A stretch of 64,000 bases of DNA, from positions 124,001 through 188,000 of IMG/VR virus record IMGVR_UViG_3300002835_000007, one strand, 5' to 3'. The notes under the pieces are model-generated. The model saw only the letters and a program-made list of their open reading frames with translations, made no database searches and was not told where the DNA came from. Position 1 is the first letter of the stretch; each line of letters begins with the position of its first letter. Below, piece after piece: positions 59,556 through 64,000 of this stretch. The position numbers and the translations under genes were made by a program.

Positions 59556-60872
59556 ATGTTAAATAAAAAAATAAATCAATTTTCTGCGGATACAGCTATT
59601 CAAGGTACTGAATTAATCCTAATAATGGATTCTGGGACAACCAAAAATATGGTTGTTGATGACTTAAAAGAGTATGTGTTAAGTGGTGCGACAGATGTGT
59701 TCGTAACTGGTGGTACTTATTCTAATAGTACCATTACATTTAGTAACAATACTGGTGGAACATTTAGTGTTTCTGGTATTAGCAGTAGTTCAAATATTTC
59801 TGATTCAATTTATACTGTTAATGATAATTTAAATGCCAATAATACAACAACCGCAACTACATCTGTTATGGTTTATGGTGTTAATGTGTTTACTGGTGTA
59901 ACATCAACTAATTATGCAACTAAATTGCCGCAACCAGTTACTGGAAAAAGTGTAAAAGTAATTAATAATGGTTCTACATTATTACATATATTTCCTTCTA
60001 ATATTGGTGGTCAAGTAAATAATTTACCAATAAACACACCAGCGGTTATACCACCAGATGGTAATTTATATGAATTCATTTGTATTAAGAATCCATTACC
60101 AGGTGCGTGGACGTTTTCAACACCAGCAACTGGTCAATATGATAGTGGTGAAATAACAATTTCAATTAGTGCATTAACTAAAAGTGGGTCCAATCCAGTG
60201 ATAACTGCATATAATTCTAATTATGTTGGGGCTGGTCCTAATTTTAATAGTACTAATTGGGGTTACGATGGTAAAAATAAATCAGCTATTTTAAGTAGTT
60301 ATTATAATGGTGATTATTATTTAGCATTCAGACCAGAAACACCATGGAAAGGTATTAGTAAGATTAAAATTTATACTAATTTAATTGATAGTAATAGAAC
60401 AAGAAGTACTTTAGCTAGGGTAGCGGCTGGTGGTGAATCTGATTATTATTCACCATATGATGGTTCTATATTAAATACTAGACTTGGTGCGGCTAATGGT
60501 GAATTACTTAGAGTGTATACGAATAAAGTTATATCTGGTGTTGCCGTATCTGCCAGTACAATATACACATCAGCAAATATCGGGGACGCTGGGACATTAT
60601 GGGGTGAAAAAGTAGCTAATACTGATTCATATTCAAATGTTAGTTTAGGTACTGAAGGTGGTACATTTATAGGGAATAAACCATTAAACTCTACAGCTTA
60701 TCCTTATTATCAAACTTGGGATATTTCTGATAATGAAATAAACACTGGTGATATTGTTGATGTATTTTATTCGTCTTATATTTCATTTCAAATACAACCA
60801 TTTGCTTACGACTTTAATTATGGTACAATACCAGATTTTAAATTCAGATTTATAATCGAATACTACCAATAA
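59556..60872 (+). CDS. Putative tail fibre-associated protein
   Basis: KKINQF...I.GTELILI.DSGTTK; DVFVTGGTY module. Confidence 0.6.
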   Translation: MLNKKINQFSADTAIQGTELILIMDSGTTKNMVVDDLKEYVLSGATDVFVTGGTYSNSTITFSNNTGGTFSVSGISSSSNISDSIYTVNDNLNANNTTTATTSVMVYGVNVFTGVTSTNYATKLPQPVTGKSVKVINNGSTLLHIFPSNIGGQVNNLPINTPAVIPPDGNLYEFICIKNPLPGAWTFSTPATGQYDSGEITISISALTKSGSNPVITAYNSNYVGAGPNFNSTNWGYDGKNKSAILSSYYNGDYYLAFRPETPWKGISKIKIYTNLIDSNRTRSTLARVAAGGESDYYSPYDGSILNTRLGAANGELLRVYTNKVISGVAVSASTIYTSANIGDAGTLWGEKVANTDSYSNVSLGTEGGTFIGNKPLNSTAYPYYQTWDISDNEINTGDIVDVFYSSYISFQIQPFAYDFNYGTIPDFKFRFIIEYYQ

Positions 60873-60908
60873 ACAATAAGTTTAAATATTTATATAAAAA
60901 CTAATAAA

Positions 60909-63900
60909 ATGATAATTCTAAGAATATTAAATAGCCCTTATGCTAACGATTTAACCAGAAATGCTACATTGTCACATCAAGATGTTGATAGTAACTTTAT
61001 ATACCTAAAAGGTCATATAATTTATGAAGCTGAAAATAGTGGAGGATTAGTTACATTAAAAAAATATAACGGAGAAACTATTACTTTTAGTGCTTCAACT
61101 GGTGGTTCTGGTGGCTCTGGTGGTTCTGATTCATATTGGACATCTGGTTCAACTGGTGTTGGTTCAATAAAAGCTATTAACACTACTGGGTTAGACGCAA
61201 CTGGAACTAATGCTGTAGCAATAAATCATGCAACATTGGCTAGTGGACAATTTTCTTTAGCTACTGGTGTTGACACTATTGCTAGTGGTGCCTCTTCTTC
61301 TACATTTGGTGTTGAGACTATTGCTGGAGGTGTTGCTTCACATGCAGAGGGTTTTCAAACAAGAGCATTTGGTTATGCGTCACATTCAGAAGGAAACGAT
61401 ACAATAGCAAGAGGTGATTATTCACATGCTGAAGGTTGGTCGTCTATGGCAACTGGTGCTACATCACATGCAGAAGGTGAATTAACTAAAGCATATGGTT
61501 CAGCGTCACATGCTGAAGGTGGTAGTACTATTGCGAGTGGTATCGCTTCACATGCTGAAGGTAACGGAACAATTGCAAGTGGTGATATGTCACATGCTGA
61601 AGGTACTGGTACATTAGCAAGTGGTGATAGTTCACATGCTGGTGGTGAAGGTGTGGGTTCTAATTATGTTGTAGCTGATGGTATTTCTTCATTCGCCCAT
61701 CAATTTGTAAGTGGTAATGGACAATTTGGAACTGGCAATTATGGTACATATGCTAATTATTCAGCTATTTTAGGTGGTAAAGACCATTATATGTATTCTG
61801 GTTCTACTAGTGGTGTTATAATGGGTGGTAATGGTCATATATTATTTGGTATAAGTATTAACTCTGGTATTTTTGGTGGTGATGCTAATTTATTGATTGA
61901 TACGTTTAACGGTGTTGCTTTGGGTGGTACTGAAAATGGTACAATACAAGCGGACAGTTCAGCTGTTATTGGTGGTTATAATAACCTTATCGATGCATTT
62001 GCATATTATGGTCCAGCATATGGATTTATTGCTGGTGGTTCAAATAACAAAATACAAACTGGTGGTGGTGTTTCTGATGAATCAAGTGCTATTATTGGAG
62101 GTAATGGAAACACTATCATAGGTGATAATCAATATAACGGTATATATAACTCTTTTGACTCTACACTTACAAATCAAGATACATCAACAATTATTGGTTC
62201 ATATGAATCTTATATAAATGATAATACTGGTGGTTTAGAATCAAATAACAATGCTATTATAAACGCTTCAAATTCATATATTAATGGTTATGGTATATCA
62301 CATGCAAACATTTTAGGTGGTGCAAATAATAGTATTTATCAAGCTGTTGATGGAGTAAATCAACCTAATTATACATCAATACTTAATGGTTACGGTAACC
62401 AAATTTTAGATAGTGATACAGCTGTTATTTTTAATGGATTTACAAACTCTATTAGTGGTAATAGTAAACAATCAACAATATTAAATGGACAATTTCACTC
62501 AATAACTTCATCTAAATTTGCAGCTATTATTGGTGGTAATTCAAACGAAATGGCTGATAGTGATGGTTCTGCTCTTATTGGTGGTTCTGATAACAGTATT
62601 TTATCTGATAGCAATCCAGCATTTACGAGATATTACAACGCTATTATTGGTGGTACTGGTAACACTATTAATAATTCTGAATTATCATTTATCTTAGGTG
62701 GTTATAAAAATGTTATCCCATACGGTAAAATAGGCGTTGTTATTTTAGGTGGTGAAAATATAACTGGTTCAACAAACAATACAGTTTATGTTCAAAGATT
62801 AAATATTAAAAATGCTGCTAATGACAATACTACAACTAGATTTTTAACATTAGATGCTAATAATAACATTGCTTATAGGAATTTAAGTAGTATTAGTGGT
62901 TCTAGTAGTGGTTCAACTGGTGGTGATACATTATGGGCTTCTGGTACGACTGGTATTGGTTCAATAAAGGCTATTAATAGTACTGGGTTAGATGCAAATG
63001 GTGATTATGCTGTTGCGATAAACAATTCAACAATGGCTGATGGTGATAATTCATTTGCTGCTGGTTATTCAACGTGGGCTAGAGGTATTTCTTCAATGTC
63101 GGTTGGACAAAATACTGAATCGTTTGGTGATTATTCATTTGCTGGTGGTCATAACACAATTGCTACTGGTAATTTATCTTTTATATGGTCTACAGAATCT
63201 ACCGTTACTGGTATTAGAAGTGCGGTTATTGGTGGTTCTTATATAAATGGGTTAAGTGCTGATACGGTTTATGTACCATATTTAAATGTCCAGTCTGCAA
63301 CAACTGATAATTCAATAACTACAATGTTAGTTAGAAATGGTGATGGTTTTGTTAGAACTAGACAGATACCTCTAGATGTTTTTGTGACTGGTGGTACTTA
63401 TAATGCTGGTGCAGCTACGTTTAGAAATAACACTGGTGGTACATTTAGTGTAACTGGTTTTAAAACAAGTGATACGTTTGTAACTGGAGGTACATATAGT
63501 AATTTTACTGGAACAGCTATATTTACTAATAATAGTGGTAGTACATTTAATGTAACTGGATTCAGTACTGGTTCAACATCTGTGACTGGGTTTACATATT
63601 TAAATAATAATTTAACTGTTAAACAATCTAGTGGTGATTTATCTGTTAATATCAATACAATGACTGGTTTAACAATAAATGGTAATTTAACTTATACTGG
63701 TCAAGCAAATAACCCAGTTTATACTGCTGGTACTGTAACTGCTACACATACACCAAACTGGAATAATAGCAACATACAACATGTTATATTATCAGCTGCA
63801 ACGACAACAATTGCAAATGGTACTAACGTTAAGAATGGTGCGGTTTATACTATGATTGTTAAACAAAATGCGACTGGTTCTAGAGTGGTAACTTGGGGTT

Positions 63901-64000
63901 CTCAGTACAAATGGCAATCTGGTATTGCACCAATATTAACATCAATATCAAATGCTGTTGATATATTTACATTTATAAGTGACGGTACAGACTTGTATGG
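60909..64000 (+). CDS. Second SHAEG-repeat tail fibre/adhesin, truncated by window end (not in ORF track)
   Basis: ATG 60909 MIILRILNSPY...LSHQDVDSNF; SHAEG and GG.N repeats; frame read by eye as open to 64000. Confidence 0.8.
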   Translation, partial: MIILRILNSPYANDLTRNATLSHQDVDSNFIYLKGHIIYEAENSGGLVTLKKYNGETITFSASTGGSGGSGGSDSYWTSGSTGVGSIKAINTTGLDATGTNAVAINHATLASGQFSLATGVDTIASGASSSTFGVETIAGGVASHAEGFQTRAFGYASHSEGNDTIARGDYSHAEGWSSMATGATSHAEGELTKAYGSASHAEGGSTIASGIASHAEGNGTIASGDMSHAEGTGTLASGDSSHAGGEGVGSNYVVADGISSFAHQFVSGNGQFGTGNYGTYANYSAILGGKDHYMYSGSTSGVIMGGNGHILFGISINSGIFGGDANLLIDTFNGVALGGTENGTIQADSSAVIGGYNNLIDAFAYYGPAYGFIAGGSNNKIQTGGGVSDESSAIIGGNGNTIIGDNQYNGIYNSFDSTLTNQDTSTIIGSYESYINDNTGGLESNNNAIINASNSYINGYGISHANILGGANNSIYQAVDGVNQPNYTSILNGYGNQILDSDTAVIFNGFTNSISGNSKQSTILNGQFHSITSSKFAAIIGGNSNEMADSDGSALIGGSDNSILSDSNPAFTRYYNAIIGGTGNTINNSELSFILGGYKNVIPYGKIGVVILGGENITGSTNNTVYVQRLNIKNAANDNTTTRFLTLDANNNIAYRNLSSISGSSSGSTGGDTLWASGTTGIGSIKAINSTGLDANGDYAVAINNSTMADGDNSFAAGYSTWARGISSMSVGQNTESFGDYSFAGGHNTIATGNLSFIWSTESTVTGIRSAVIGGSYINGLSADTVYVPYLNVQSATTDNSITTMLVRNGDGFVRTRQIPLDVFVTGGTYNAGAATFRNNTGGTFSVTGFKTSDTFVTGGTYSNFTGTAIFTNNSGSTFNVTGFSTGSTSVTGFTYLNNNLTVKQSSGDLSVNINTMTGLTINGNLTYTGQANNPVYTAGTVTATHTPNWNNSNIQHVILSAATTTIANGTNVKNGAVYTMIVKQNATGSRVVTWGSQYKWQSGIAPILTSISNAVDIFTFISDGTDLY

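Noticed and set aside
1-64000. Stop-codon reassignment, tRNAs, DGR, introns or inteins
   Set aside because: Standard-code ORFs are long and tile the window; no cloverleaf, reverse transcriptase, homing endonuclease or intein motifs were noticed by eye.

Overview
AT-rich 64 kb segment of a large, T4-related (myovirus-like) dsDNA bacteriophage genome read in the standard genetic code. The + strand 208-17914 carries a KTSC protein, thymidylate synthase, acidic putative head proteins and the head module (large terminase, portal, prohead protease, scaffold-like protein, gp23-like major capsid protein). The - strand 17944-52700 carries a zinc-ribbon protein with a structured leader, baseplate/spike-like genes, a gp55-like sigma factor, a ~24 kb glycan synthesis/modification island, PhoH, dUTPase, an HD-like protein, a WYL-like protein and a duplicated gene pair. 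The + strand 52761-64000 carries tail fibre/adhesin genes, the last running off the window. No tRNA, rRNA, CRISPR array, integrase or transposase was seen. Best leads: (1) an A10 slippery site that would fuse 2476-3570 to an ATG-less -1 frame continuing into 3897-5207; (2) a TATTTAT(A) motif ~20-27 nt upstream of structural genes, the reverse complement of the T4 late promoter; (3) a candidate multi-stem RNA in the leader of the 18195-19064 gene; (4) a GatZ-like epimerase / nucleotidyltransferase-kinase / cupin / HAD cassette in the glycan island. All product calls come from motif recognition by eye, with no database search.
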